64,000 nt of DNA, taken from contig JBNKOC010000019.1 in assembly GCA_050294405.1 (NCBI GenBank), forward strand, positions 1 to 64,000, read 5' to 3'. The notes below the pieces were generated by a model. That model was not told the DNA's origin. It was given only the letters and a program-made list of their open reading frames with translations, and searched no databases. This DNA is from Fibrobacteria bacterium. GTDB lineage: Bacteria > Fibrobacterota > Fibrobacteria > UBA11236 > JADFYW01. Position numbers and translations under genes: made by a program. Below are positions 19,566 to 30,200 of the stretch, one piece after another; the first letter of the stretch is position 1; each line of letters begins with the position of its first letter.

Positions 19566-21029
19566 TTAAATTGCAAATTTTAATCGGATTAAATACCACC
19601 AATCGCCGCCAAAAAAGTCTCCTCCATTGCGGGTAACAGGCTGATAGGTCATTTTATTGTTAAAATCCATTACCCTTAAATGATCATTGGCCACTTGAAT
19701 ATTTAAAGCCAAACCGGTAGAAAGGGTTTTTTCTGCAAAAATTGACCATTTTATATTGTCTTTGGTGTCAATATAGGCTGTTGGATTTTGTACAAAGGCT
19801 TGACGTGAAGAAACCGACCCAATTCCACCTGGGATTGGAAGGGTTTGGTCCCATAATTTAAACTCATCATTGGGAAACTCGTGGTCCCAATATTCAAATT
19901 CAAAGGAAAGTACGTCCAAAAATCGGAAAGTGGGAATATTTATTCCCAGCATTATGGGCATCCGTTTCATGCGGTTTTCATAAAAAACCGGATAATTTTT
20001 CCAACCCAAAAGGCCCATTTCGGCATAGATTTTTAAGTCGTTAGCCGCAAATAAGTCGCTTTCGCCATTACCAAATGGGGCAAAAGAGGCACGAGCCATC
20101 ATTTTAATTCCTTTAAAGGAATAATAGCCCAGTTGAGCATCTTTAATATTTTGAGCGTCACCTTCAGCATTAAGATCGATTGTGCTATAAATGAGCCTGG
20201 CCTGGTTCACTTCGATTGGATTGCCGTTGCCATCTAATACTACCTCGGCTCTGGAGCCAGTGGAATCAAGTACTGTTAAAGTATCCATACCTGTAAAATA
20301 AGCAGCCTCACGGCTTTCTGGAGTTGTTTTGCTAGGCACCGCAGGAATCAAGTGGTTGAAAGAAATTCCCGCCTGGATTTGAAGCATGCTGCCCAAACGA
20401 TAGCCCGCCAAAAAAGTTGGTGTTAAATCATAGGTGGGTTCTAAGTCACGTTCCATAAAAATAGTGAAGTCCGTAAAAACAGAATTTTCTAAAAAGTTTA
20501 GGTTTAAATGGACACCTTGGCCTACATAACCAGATCCCAAAAAGTACCAACCACCTGTTCTGACAATTTGAGGATATGTAGAAGAGCGATAAAGGTATTC
20601 ACCTAAATTTTTGGAATCGCCGTTATATTTCATATAAAAAAGACCAAAACGCAACTTTGCGAAAGGTTCCTCCGGGTCCCCAATGGAGTAAATTCCAGAA
20701 GCTTCTTCTACTACCGGTGTGAACTTTGTGATTCGAGTGTGGGGGGCTTCGGTAACAGGAAGCGAATAAAAAAACAGGCCACCAACAGCACCGGTTAGCT
20801 TCAAGTTGTCATTAATAGTGGCGCTTTGTGTTAAAGAAATTTTTGTTCTCTGGAGAACTTGCCAATCTTTGATTTTTTCGTCGCCGTCCAAAGTTCCGCT
20901 TTTAATTTGACCCGCATCAATAAAAGCATCTAACTTGGTTTTAGAGTACTCGACATCGGAATCATCCCCAAAAGTCCAAGATACTGAAAAAGCTAAAATC
21001 CCTAGTACTAGCCTGAAAATTGCAGACAT
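19566..21029 (-). CDS. Putative outer-membrane beta-barrel protein
   Basis: ATG at 21029 preceded by AAGGAG; signal peptide; ends WYLIRLKFAI. Confidence 0.7.
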   Translation of the reverse strand: MSAIFRLVLGILAFSVSWTFGDDSDVEYSKTKLDAFIDAGQIKSGTLDGDEKIKDWQVLQRTKISLTQSATINDNLKLTGAVGGLFFYSLPVTEAPHTRITKFTPVVEEASGIYSIGDPEEPFAKLRFGLFYMKYNGDSKNLGEYLYRSSTYPQIVRTGGWYFLGSGYVGQGVHLNLNFLENSVFTDFTIFMERDLEPTYDLTPTFLAGYRLGSMLQIQAGISFNHLIPAVPSKTTPESREAAYFTGMDTLTVLDSTGSRAEVVLDGNGNPIEVNQARLIYSTIDLNAEGDAQNIKDAQLGYYSFKGIKMMARASFAPFGNGESDLFAANDLKIYAEMGLLGWKNYPVFYENRMKRMPIMLGINIPTFRFLDVLSFEFEYWDHEFPNDEFKLWDQTLPIPGGIGSVSSRQAFVQNPTAYIDTKDNIKWSIFAEKTLSTGLALNIQVANDHLRVMDFNNKMTYQPVTRNGGDFFGGDWWYLIRLKFAI

Positions 21030-21278
21030 TTCGTCTCCTTTCAAATTTCAAATTTTTTTGGGGTTATTTAGTTTCCTACCCAAATACAACCCGTAATCTA
21101 TATCAACCCTGCTTGAATTCTTGTAAAATTCGGGTTAATGCTTGTAAAATATAGACTCTGATCTTTTTTCCTGGCAATTTATTCCAAATTTTCCTGAATA
21201 CAGATCAAAAACCTACCCTATTTAATGAAAATTTAAGCAAAAGCTAGGACATTTTACACTAGCTGGCAAGCTGCAAGC

Positions 21279-21737
21279 TCAAGATTTTGCCACTTTCAAA
21301 ATAATCTTCCACTCGCTGGCAGTAACTGGTTGTATAGAAGTTCGCTGCCCCCGGCGAATTACCAGCATTTCTTCTAATCCTTTTATTTTTTTAAGCTCAT
21401 CCAGGGAAATAATTCGCGGAAATTTTTCCACAAAGGCCACGTCCACCCCAACCCAGGGATTATTCTCCACTGTGGCTTTTTTAAAATAATAAGGAGACTT
21501 AGGGTTCAAGGCAGTGGGATCCGGTTTGGCCAAACTCACCACTTTCCCAATACCCGCAATTCCCGGGGGTTTGGCATTTGAGTGGTAGATAAAAGCCAAA
21601 TCGCCAATTTTAAACAAATCGCGCATATAATTCCGGACCTGGTAATTTCGAACTCCATCCCAAAACTCAATTTTGCGTTTTTTGAGGTCGTCAATGGAAA
21701 AAGTTTCCGGTTCTGTTTTCATTAGCCAATAATTCAT
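21279..21737 (-). CDS. EVE domain protein
   Basis: YWLMKTEP, WDGVRNYQVRN, GDLAFIYHS and SIQPV motifs. Confidence 0.95.
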   Translation of the reverse strand: MNYWLMKTEPETFSIDDLKKRKIEFWDGVRNYQVRNYMRDLFKIGDLAFIYHSNAKPPGIAGIGKVVSLAKPDPTALNPKSPYYFKKATVENNPWVGVDVAFVEKFPRIISLDELKKIKGLEEMLVIRRGQRTSIQPVTASEWKIILKVAKS

Positions 21738-21882
21738 GGTCGTAGTCCTTATTTACCTGTAAAATATAATAAAGCCTCTAATCGCCACCAGATATAGTAA
21801 TTTCCAGAATAAATACTTGTTTGCAACTGTATATTAATAATGGAGATTAATATATGAATAAAAATTAAACTAAGGAGGGCTT

Positions 21883-22344
21883 ATGGACTTTTTTCAAATC
21901 ACCGCCCAGGATCTTATGGTTCGCAAAGTAGTCAGCTTACATCCCGATATGGCAGCTATGGATGCGCTTAAAGTATTAACCAGCCATAAAATACCTACGG
22001 CTCCCGTGTTGGATGCCAACAAGATGTTAGTGGGTATGTTATCGGAAACAGACTTACTCAAGTTAATGGTGAGCTCAAGTTACCATAACAATGCCGTTGT
22101 GAGCGGTTTAGTTAAGGACCTAATGACCACCAAGTTGAAAACCATAACCAGCGACACAAACCTCCAAACCTTAGCATCCTTATTTATGGAGCATTCTTAT
22201 CGAAGATTGCCTGTTGTGGACAACGAGGAATTTTTAGGCCTGGTGAGCCGCTATAATGTGCTTAGCACAATTCAGGAAGCTATTAAAAATGATGCTGAAG
22301 CTTTTCAATCTGGGATATTATCCAACCCAAAAGATTGGAGATGA
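21883..22344 (+). CDS. CBS domain pair protein
   Basis: APVLD...LVGMLSETD and RRLPVVD...GLVSR; strong AAGGAGG RBS. Confidence 0.9.
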   Translation: MDFFQITAQDLMVRKVVSLHPDMAAMDALKVLTSHKIPTAPVLDANKMLVGMLSETDLLKLMVSSSYHNNAVVSGLVKDLMTTKLKTITSDTNLQTLASLFMEHSYRRLPVVDNEEFLGLVSRYNVLSTIQEAIKNDAEAFQSGILSNPKDWR

Positions 22345-22370
22345 AAAACAGTAACTAGCTTATGACCCTG

Positions 22371-22952
22371 CTACTTCAACTCAATTAGAAGCTTTTCCAT
22401 TTTCCGGTTTTCCACTTTTAACCGGACAATTTCTTCTAATAGTTTTTGATTTTCCAGCTCAAGCTGATCCTGTTTGAGCTGATCATTTTTTTCATGTTTT
22501 AATGTTCGATTCAAACGGTTGATTTTTTCCAGCAAAGCAAGGTTGGCCCTGTCTTTTTCCTGAAGCTCAGCAAGCAATCCGGAAACTAACTTAACATGAT
22601 AGTCCTTGGCTTTGTTCTTCCACCACTTGCTGCCTTTTTTTAAAATCAAACTGGCGCTTTCGTAATTTCCAGCATCAATTTCTTCTTTAGCCATAATGAT
22701 GGTACGCCAATAATTTGCAGTTTCCCTATCCTGATTAGAGCGACTGCTAAACAATACATCGTTACAGGTTTTAAGAGCTTTTTCATATTTTTTAGCCAAT
22801 AACATTTTCGCTAATTCTTCTTCAAGGGCGGCTCCCCGTCCAGGGCGTTCAATTTTCAGACGGGCCTGACCCGGAGAGTAATTTCCACCGCCGCCGGAGC
22901 TGCAATTCCAAATTAAAAAGGAACAAAAAAGCAATGTTATGATATGTTTCAT
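22371..22952 (-). CDS. Lipoprotein with helical domain and C-terminal coiled coil
   Basis: LIWNC lipobox, heptad-rich C-terminus; start overlaps the upstream stop (TAATG). Confidence 0.7.
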   Translation of the reverse strand: MKHIITLLFCSFLIWNCSSGGGGNYSPGQARLKIERPGRGAALEEELAKMLLAKKYEKALKTCNDVLFSSRSNQDRETANYWRTIIMAKEEIDAGNYESASLILKKGSKWWKNKAKDYHVKLVSGLLAELQEKDRANLALLEKINRLNRTLKHEKNDQLKQDQLELENQKLLEEIVRLKVENRKMEKLLIELK

Positions 22953-24172
22953 TAGCTTGATTTCTTCAAATCTATCATGGTGGTTTCTTCACCCACGTAT
23001 TTTTCCACCACTGGATTCTTTATTCCTTTTAATTTTTGAGTCACTTCAAAGATTCGGCGAACCTCAAAGGAAATTTTATTGAGCTTTTGCACAACTTTTT
23101 CATTGTGGCTCTGGTACATTTTATCAAGATACTCCACATAGCCGCTTATGACCATCAGAGGATTGTTCAGCTTGTGCAGTTCTTCTTCGGGCAATAAATC
23201 CTGGGAAATGTCGCAAAGATTTTTAACCTCATAAATTATTTTCTGAGTTTTTTCCCGGATTAAATCGTAATTGGCATCAATCATTTTTGATATGTATTCA
23301 GCATTTCCCCCGATTATCATCAAAGGGTTGTTTATTTCATGACTCACAGTTGTCACCATTTGGTCAATGGTTTCCAGCTTTTGAAATTTCACTTCCATGT
23401 CCTGATTTTTCTTGAGTTGTATGGACATGCGGTTTAGTACTTCCACCAAGTCCCCAATTTCTCCGCGGGCGTTCACCTCAACCTGCAGTCCCAGGGCGCC
23501 TTCGCCTATTTCCTTAGCCCCCCTTTCCAACACCTTCAAAGGAGCCAGTATTTTCCGTTTCAATACATACCATATTAAAACCAAAAAGATCATAAACGAT
23601 GTAGTTGTCAAAACAATTAATTGCCTGGAGTTTTTCATGGTAGTTTCCAAGCTGCCCAGGTTGTAGTTTCTGATTTGAACCATTTTTATTTGGATAAAGT
23701 GTTCCAGGCTTTTGTTGAGGTCAAATTCCATATTTTCCAAGTTTTGCACCATCTTAGCCATTTCCGCGCGGCTCACTCTTTTTTCTTCTTTTAAGGACTC
23801 TGCTAAATTCCGATATTCCATTTGGCGTTTCCATAATACGTCCAAAGAATCAGAGACTGTGGCTCCCAATTCGGGAGCGACCTGGGTGATATCATCATAT
23901 ATGCTATGTATGCGCAATATGGAGTTTAAATAGTTTGTAAGAAAAATCGGCTTATTTAATTCGATGTATTTGATTCGGGAACGAGTGCCTATTTTTAACT
24001 CTCCCTGCCAGTCCACTAACAATGTATTCAATTCTGCAGACTTGGAAAGTTGGTCTGTTTTTGAAGAAATGTTTCTGGTGATTTTATAAAGAATGGATAA
24101 TACCAAGGCGGAACCGATGATAACGGTAATCACCATGGCCTGCAATTGAAAATTTAAACTGTGAAATTTCAC
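22952..24172 (-). CDS. Membrane sensor with HAMP and two tandem HisKA (DHp) segments, no HATPase domain
   Basis: Two TM helices, HAMP (PLKVLERGAKEIGEG...GEIGDLVEVLNRM), then HEINNPL and HKLNNPL. Confidence 0.8.
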   Translation of the reverse strand: MKFHSLNFQLQAMVITVIIGSALVLSILYKITRNISSKTDQLSKSAELNTLLVDWQGELKIGTRSRIKYIELNKPIFLTNYLNSILRIHSIYDDITQVAPELGATVSDSLDVLWKRQMEYRNLAESLKEEKRVSRAEMAKMVQNLENMEFDLNKSLEHFIQIKMVQIRNYNLGSLETTMKNSRQLIVLTTTSFMIFLVLIWYVLKRKILAPLKVLERGAKEIGEGALGLQVEVNARGEIGDLVEVLNRMSIQLKKNQDMEVKFQKLETIDQMVTTVSHEINNPLMIIGGNAEYISKMIDANYDLIREKTQKIIYEVKNLCDISQDLLPEEELHKLNNPLMVISGYVEYLDKMYQSHNEKVVQKLNKISFEVRRIFEVTQKLKGIKNPVVEKYVGEETTMIDLKKSS

Positions 24173-24262
24173 ATTTTACCCCAAAACCGTCTTCATCTTA
24201 TTTATATTTAAAAAATCGCGGCTTTCTAGGTCGATTATAAAATTTTGAAATTGTAAAAAACC

Positions 24263-25861
24263 ATGAAAAATTTGGCGTTGAAACTCTATTTTTTGGCATT
24301 TTTTTATCACTTTATGCTTTTGTCCATAAAAGCAGACATTGTACATGAAGAACTTTCCAGTATAGTAGAGTCCATGTATGAAAGCGGAGATTTGAGCTAT
24401 TATCAGCATGAATATGTACAAAATGAAATTAGTTCCTACCCAGGCTGCAAAGATTTATACAACCTGTTCACAATATTGGAAATCAGTTTTTATCCAATAT
24501 GGGAAAGTTTGGAAAATAACTGTTCCCCAAAAAAGACAAATACCTCCAATGAAAAAAGTTTAAAAGCCGATAAAATCCAAATTAAATCTGCATATTCTGA
24601 AAAATTCCAGCTTGCCACAGAGTCGAACCGCAATGCTTCCCAGATTCAATATCAATTAATCTCACAAAATTTATCTTTAAAGGCCAGCCATCATAATGGT
24701 CTGGACCTTCCCACTCAACGAATTTTGGAGATTAACTGGAACTGGGCCCAATTGGAATTAGGCAATCCCAGGCTGGAACACTCTATTTACTCGGTTTTGG
24801 GGAAGTATTATCTGGCCGGGGCGAAACCACAAATGGCAGATTGGTTTTTCCCCCAATCCGCATATTTAAATGGCGCAGTACTAAACTTTTCACCATTTGA
24901 ATCTCAATTGTCTTTTTATGGATATTGGAACCGAATTTCCGAAGAGGAAGATAGAAGGGATTTTTCCATTTTAGGCGCTCAGTGGACCCACGCAAAAAAT
25001 AAATTTCGGTTCATGGCGCAAAGCCATTTACAGCGCAATGAATCCTTAAAAAAAATGAGCCCAAGCCGCTGGATAAATGGGGTTGAGTTTGACCTACCCG
25101 TTTTTGGAAACAACTTAAACGCAGAATTGTCTCATTCCAATACACAACAGGAGTATTTTGGAAATTGGAATAAGCAAGGTGTTTACAGCTCCCTTCAATG
25201 GAAATTTTTAAATGAAAAATCGGAGTTTAAGGTTTTTCAAACTGCAGGCAATTGGGAAAATCCATTGGCCGGAGCCCCTCTAAAATGGGAAGACAATTGG
25301 AGGGACAGTGTACCTAGCTATGAAAGCGAAGGGGGAATTTGGACGCGTTCGAAAATCCAATTAGAAGAAGGGCTAAAATGGTTGGGTTTTAGCCATGGGG
25401 GAAAATGGCATTGGTCTCTGCAAAACAAAGAACTCTATTATTTGCGCAATGAGTTTCAAAATGAACTGGACTTTAATTACTTCCAGTGGACAAACAAATA
25501 CATCAATCAAAATTATTCAGGAGCACTTCAACAGTCCCTGGGTTTTGATGTCAGAATCAATTGGCCCCGAATAAATCCAAGTTTGCAATACCGCTATCTT
25601 TGGGGAAATTACCAGGGTAGTTATCCCAACTATTTAAAATTTTCTCTTAAACTGAAGCCAAATGGATCCATGGAGTTTTCTCCGGAAATTGCAGTACCTG
25701 ACTTGGAAAAAGTCCATCGAAGGTTCCATTTTCAGATCCGTCAAAAATATTTTTTCGCCAAAGGAAATAGCCTGAACATTCGGGGCAAATATTATTTTCT
25801 GAAAAATGAAGCTGATTACTTTCAATTGAGGGCTGATTTTTCCAATTCTTTTGCTCTCTAA
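24263..25861 (+). CDS. Hypothetical exported protein, probable outer-membrane beta-barrel
   Basis: Signal peptide; aromatic-rich alternating strands in the C-terminal two-thirds. Confidence 0.6.
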   Translation: MKNLALKLYFLAFFYHFMLLSIKADIVHEELSSIVESMYESGDLSYYQHEYVQNEISSYPGCKDLYNLFTILEISFYPIWESLENNCSPKKTNTSNEKSLKADKIQIKSAYSEKFQLATESNRNASQIQYQLISQNLSLKASHHNGLDLPTQRILEINWNWAQLELGNPRLEHSIYSVLGKYYLAGAKPQMADWFFPQSAYLNGAVLNFSPFESQLSFYGYWNRISEEEDRRDFSILGAQWTHAKNKFRFMAQSHLQRNESLKKMSPSRWINGVEFDLPVFGNNLNAELSHSNTQQEYFGNWNKQGVYSSLQWKFLNEKSEFKVFQTAGNWENPLAGAPLKWEDNWRDSVPSYESEGGIWTRSKIQLEEGLKWLGFSHGGKWHWSLQNKELYYLRNEFQNELDFNYFQWTNKYINQNYSGALQQSLGFDVRINWPRINPSLQYRYLWGNYQGSYPNYLKFSLKLKPNGSMEFSPEIAVPDLEKVHRRFHFQIRQKYFFAKGNSLNIRGKYYFLKNEADYFQLRADFSNSFAL

Positions 25862-25903
25862 ATTCAATGCAGCTAAAGGAAATTTGTATTATTCTCCCTG
25901 ACA

Positions 25904-26890
25904 ATGACGAACAATTCCTCCAGCCATACCCCTAATAACCCTATCCCCTATCATTTTCATTTGATTTGGATGGGGCAGAGTTTTCCCTATGTTAATTACC
26001 TGGCTGTAAAAACCCTTGTGAAACACAACCCCAGGGCAAAATTCACCATTCATTATGCGAATCCCCCCAAGAACAATAAAAATTGGGATGCGGCTTTATC
26101 TCTATGTGAAGGGATTGAAATTGATTATGGCAAACTCTTTGCAGCAATCGAAAGCAATATTTCTGAAGCCTATAAGTTAGAATCTGTTTTAAATGCCATT
26201 TCAAAAAATTATCCTGCAGGGGTTAGTAACATTCTGCGATATGTTATTCTCTATCTGGAAGGTGGCATATACATAGATTTTGATACCTTATGCATCCAAT
26301 CCTTTGAGCCTTTGCTGAAATTTCCAGGCTTTATTGGAGAAGAAGTAGTATACAAACACGACGATGAGAGGGTTTCCAAGGGGTTTAAATTATCACATAT
26401 ACCTGGGGCGGCTTTTTTTGGGCTGAGCTTTTTGGGGTCCAGATTGTTTTCAAAAATATCGGGGTTAAATGGCCTTTGGAACAAATTGGATCCTTTGGTT
26501 CAAAACATTTGGAAGGACACAAAGTTAAATAATGCCGTTCTAGCTGCAGTTCCCCATCACCCCTTTTTCAAGGCGGCTTTGGAGACCATCCCTGGACAAG
26601 ACCCTAAAATAAAGTATAACCTGGGCCCCATTCTTATGAATAAACTCTGGGAGGAAGGCAAAGCCGGCCAGATGATGCGCCTGCCGCCTGTGGCCTTTTA
26701 TTTTATTCCCCCCAGCCAGACCCATCGCTTTTTCACCCCTGCCCCGGAAAAAATCCCCCATGATGCTTATTGCATCCACTGGTGCAGCAGCAACCATAAA
26801 AAAAAGGCCTCCACCTTGGATGAAACTAGCGTTTTTTCCAACCCTAAAGGTTGTTTATATAATAAGATAGCTGCTGGGTGCCCCGTCTGA
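25904..26890 (+). CDS. GT32-like (DXD sugar-binding) glycosyltransferase
   Basis: IPYHFHLIWMG, SNILRYVILYLEGGIYIDFD, NNAVLAA..HHPF and GP motifs. Confidence 0.85.
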   Translation: MTNNSSSHTPNNPIPYHFHLIWMGQSFPYVNYLAVKTLVKHNPRAKFTIHYANPPKNNKNWDAALSLCEGIEIDYGKLFAAIESNISEAYKLESVLNAISKNYPAGVSNILRYVILYLEGGIYIDFDTLCIQSFEPLLKFPGFIGEEVVYKHDDERVSKGFKLSHIPGAAFFGLSFLGSRLFSKISGLNGLWNKLDPLVQNIWKDTKLNNAVLAAVPHHPFFKAALETIPGQDPKIKYNLGPILMNKLWEEGKAGQMMRLPPVAFYFIPPSQTHRFFTPAPEKIPHDAYCIHWCSSNHKKKASTLDETSVFSNPKGCLYNKIAAGCPV

Positions 26891-26928
26891 TGTCGCAATC
26901 CTCAATTTTTTCATAATATCAAAAACTC

Positions 26929-27258
26929 TTATTTAGCCGTAGAATTTTGAATCCAATTTAAATAAGCGTTTTCTGTCTCCTTAACATCAATTGCAAATAT
27001 AGCAGGACATTGGTAACTATGCTGGTCCTTTATAAAGGCGAAAATTTTGGGAACCAACGCATTCGTGCTTTTTACCAATAAAATACATTCCTCTCCTTCC
27101 TCAATTTTGCCCTCCCACTCATAAATCGAAGTCATATTTGGCACTATATTGACGCAAGCGGCTAACTTATTTTCCACAAGCCTCTTGCCCAGGCTTTTAG
27201 CTTCAGCCATATTGGATGTAACGCAATACACCAGACTCATTTCCCTTTGTTTATCCAT
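26929..27258 (-). CDS. cutA: Divalent-cation tolerance protein CutA
   Basis: LVENKLAACVNI, SIYEWEGKI and HSYQCPAI motifs. Confidence 0.95.
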   Translation of the reverse strand: MDKQREMSLVYCVTSNMAEAKSLGKRLVENKLAACVNIVPNMTSIYEWEGKIEEGEECILLVKSTNALVPKIFAFIKDQHSYQCPAIFAIDVKETENAYLNWIQNSTAK

Positions 27259-27259
27259 G

Positions 27260-30200
27260 TTAGTTCCTTGATATTCCTATTTTTTGAGGATAATCAAAAA
27301 AGTCGCAATTTCCATCTAACCATTCGCATATTTGGGACTCCCGCGCGTGGTAGTTACCCGGGTGAATGGCTTTTAGGTAATACCTGAATTGGTGTTTTCC
27401 TGCCGGCAAAAATTGGATTTTGTGAGATACATAACCCTGGGTTTCGTTTTTTTCAAATTTGTCCTGAGTAAAATCCAAATTCAACTTTTGACTCCAACTG
27501 GAGTCCCTATGTATAAGATTGCAACCCGCAGGCAAAGCATCCCGTATTTCCACAAAGCGCAAATCAATTTCAGAGTTCAATTCCAAGTTCACTTCAATTT
27601 CATCACCCACATCGTAGTTTTCTCTGGGAGAGCTTTTTAACTCCCAGCTATCTTTTCCATTTTTCTGGTATTGCAAAAGTTTGTAGTTCTTGGAAAGATT
27701 CCACAAATCTTTTCGCCTATTGGAGATTTCTTGTGAATTTCCATTGTAAAGTTTGATGTTATAGAGCAAATCGCCTCTTCCGTCGAATCCAAAAATGAAT
27801 TCACCTTGGGAAGAGCGGTCCAAATTATCCAGGGTAAAATGTATTGGGTTCAAGTTTTCATTTTCCAAATCAAATTGCTGAGTTTTCTTACCATTGGTAA
27901 AATTTTTAACTTCCATTTTAACTTTATTGTTCACAAGGCTGCAGGCTTTTGCAATGGCAATAAATATTACCGATGTCGTCTTTTCCGAACCCCACCCATT
28001 TCCCAGCCATTTCCGACTTAAATAGGGAAGTACCTTTTGAGTAAACCTGTGCTTGGGTTCAAACTCAGCCAAAATACCCAGGATAATAGCGGAAGATTCA
28101 ATATGATTTTTAAACCAGGCCGAATGTAAATCACCACTCCAGGAAACCTCGGATTTTATTTCTATAACCTGCCGTTCCAAAACCTCTAAAAATTTATCAG
28201 CAGCCTTATTCTGATGGCAAATTTTAGCAGCTCCCAGGTAATAGGCTGCTGCAGGGGGAGAATAGGGAATTCGCTCTTTTGACAATTGATTTACTCTGGC
28301 CCCCACTTCCCCAGTATTTCCGCTAATAGCCAGAGCATAAAGCATAAATGCGTGTTCCACCTGCCCTTCTTCATAATTTTTAAGGCTGCTCTGCAAAAAG
28401 CCTATGGCTTCCAAAAAACATTGGTTTAAGGAACTTGATAACTCTTGCCCCATTTTATTTTTATAAACACTGAGAGCTTGTAGGATGTATGCGCTAAGTT
28501 CGGGTATGGATTTTTCACCTGCGTCAAAAGACCAACCCCCATCTTTGTTTTGTGATTCCATTACGGATATTAAGTAAGAGTCCATTTGCAATTTCCAGAG
28601 CCGTCCTATTTCATTTGCTAAGGTGTGCTTGGGGTTTTCAACTAAAAAATGCATGGCTGCCTGCACCGTATTTGCGGTTTCCAAGATTCCTTCAGAATGG
28701 GAAAGTCTATTGACCAATTCATATGTTAGCCAACTGCTAATTCCGGGAAAGGCAGAAAAAATTATTTTAGAACCAGGATTAAAAGGAGATTTGAATTTTA
28801 TCCGGTTAAAGTTCCGGCTATTTTTTTCTGCGCCATATAAATAGCCATACAGCACTTCAGTGGCGTCATTGCCATAAATCTCAAGGGCCTGGCTGTCCAC
28901 ATAGTCGTGGGAGCCTTGTTTGTAAAGAGTGTTCAGCTTGTATTGGCCTGGCTGGGCGGCCTTAAATGGAACGATAACTTTTACCTGTTCTCCCCTATCG
29001 ATATATAGGGTACTATCCTTAGTTTGGGCTGAGTTTGTGGATATTTCCAGTAAATTAGTTTCCAGTATGCCTTCAACAGCTTGCGTCTGGGTGTTTTCTA
29101 TTTCTGTTTCCACAAAAAACTCATCTCCAGCATGTAATTTATGGGGTGCGCTGCTGTTTATGTTTATATCCCCCGACAAAGCCACAGGAAGAGAAAGGCT
29201 AAGTGGGCCCATAGCATTGTAACCCCAAACATGAAGCAACCATTCCCCAGATTTATCGGGCAATTGAATTTGGATAGGGTATTTTGACTTATTGCGAATT
29301 TCCATCCAGTCAGAATAAAAGCGAAAACTGTTTTTTACATGTTTGGAATTAACAGGCTCACTAAAAGCCCCCGGATTAAAATTGGAAAAACGCAGGGACT
29401 CCCGGCCCACAATTTGTATGGGTAAAAACTCGGGAAATATATCCTTGGAAAACTGGGTTCGGATATAATTTTTTTGATGGGGCTCATAAAGCAAACTGGA
29501 TTCTTTTTTAGATACATTGATAACCCATTGAGTAGCTTCCACATCTTCTTTTGGAATGAGGGAATAGAAAAACACACCTTGCTTGCTCTCGTGGTTTTTT
29601 AGTTCCAGGCTGCTTTCCAATTCGGAACCGGGCGCCGGCGGCGAATTCAAAACCAGATTGGCCTGCAATTTTTGGAATTCCTCTTCCAGAGGCAATTGAA
29701 TATTGCCAGTATAAAATTTGCCTTCTTTTTGCCAGGACAAATTCCAATTGGGATTTTCATAACGGTTTTGATTAAGGGGGAAGGCAATGGTGCCCGAATG
29801 GTTTTGAATATCAGCAACCAATACATCCTGAATTTGATTGGATTCCCGGGTTAATAAAACCTTTCCATTTAATATTCCAATATAAATTTTTACAAAAACA
29901 GAATCTCCAATAGCATAGCTTGGTTTATCATACATTACATAGCAGTCTTCTTCGCTTAAACCTTCCCCGTAATAGCGAGGGACAAAAAACTTTTGTTTCA
30001 CCTTAAAAGCCTTGCCTCTCAAAACCCCGTTAAGGGCGATATGATATATACCTGGCTCCGTTGGCGTAAAATCCACTTCTCCTGAACCAATTTTGGAAAA
30101 CTTAAAAGGCGAACTTTCTAATTCGCCCCCATTTTTTTCAAATTGAACTTTGAGGTTTTTTGAGGATATCAATTCCTCATCGGAGCTGCTGATCAAAAAA

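Noticed and set aside
21030..21278. Possible ncRNA in a long intergenic gap
   Set aside because: AT-rich with only a short cttgtaaaat direct repeat and no convincing structure; more likely promoter DNA.
21279..21737. EVE protein as part of a modification-dependent defence system
   Set aside because: Stand-alone EVE domain with no nuclease fusion or defence genes nearby.
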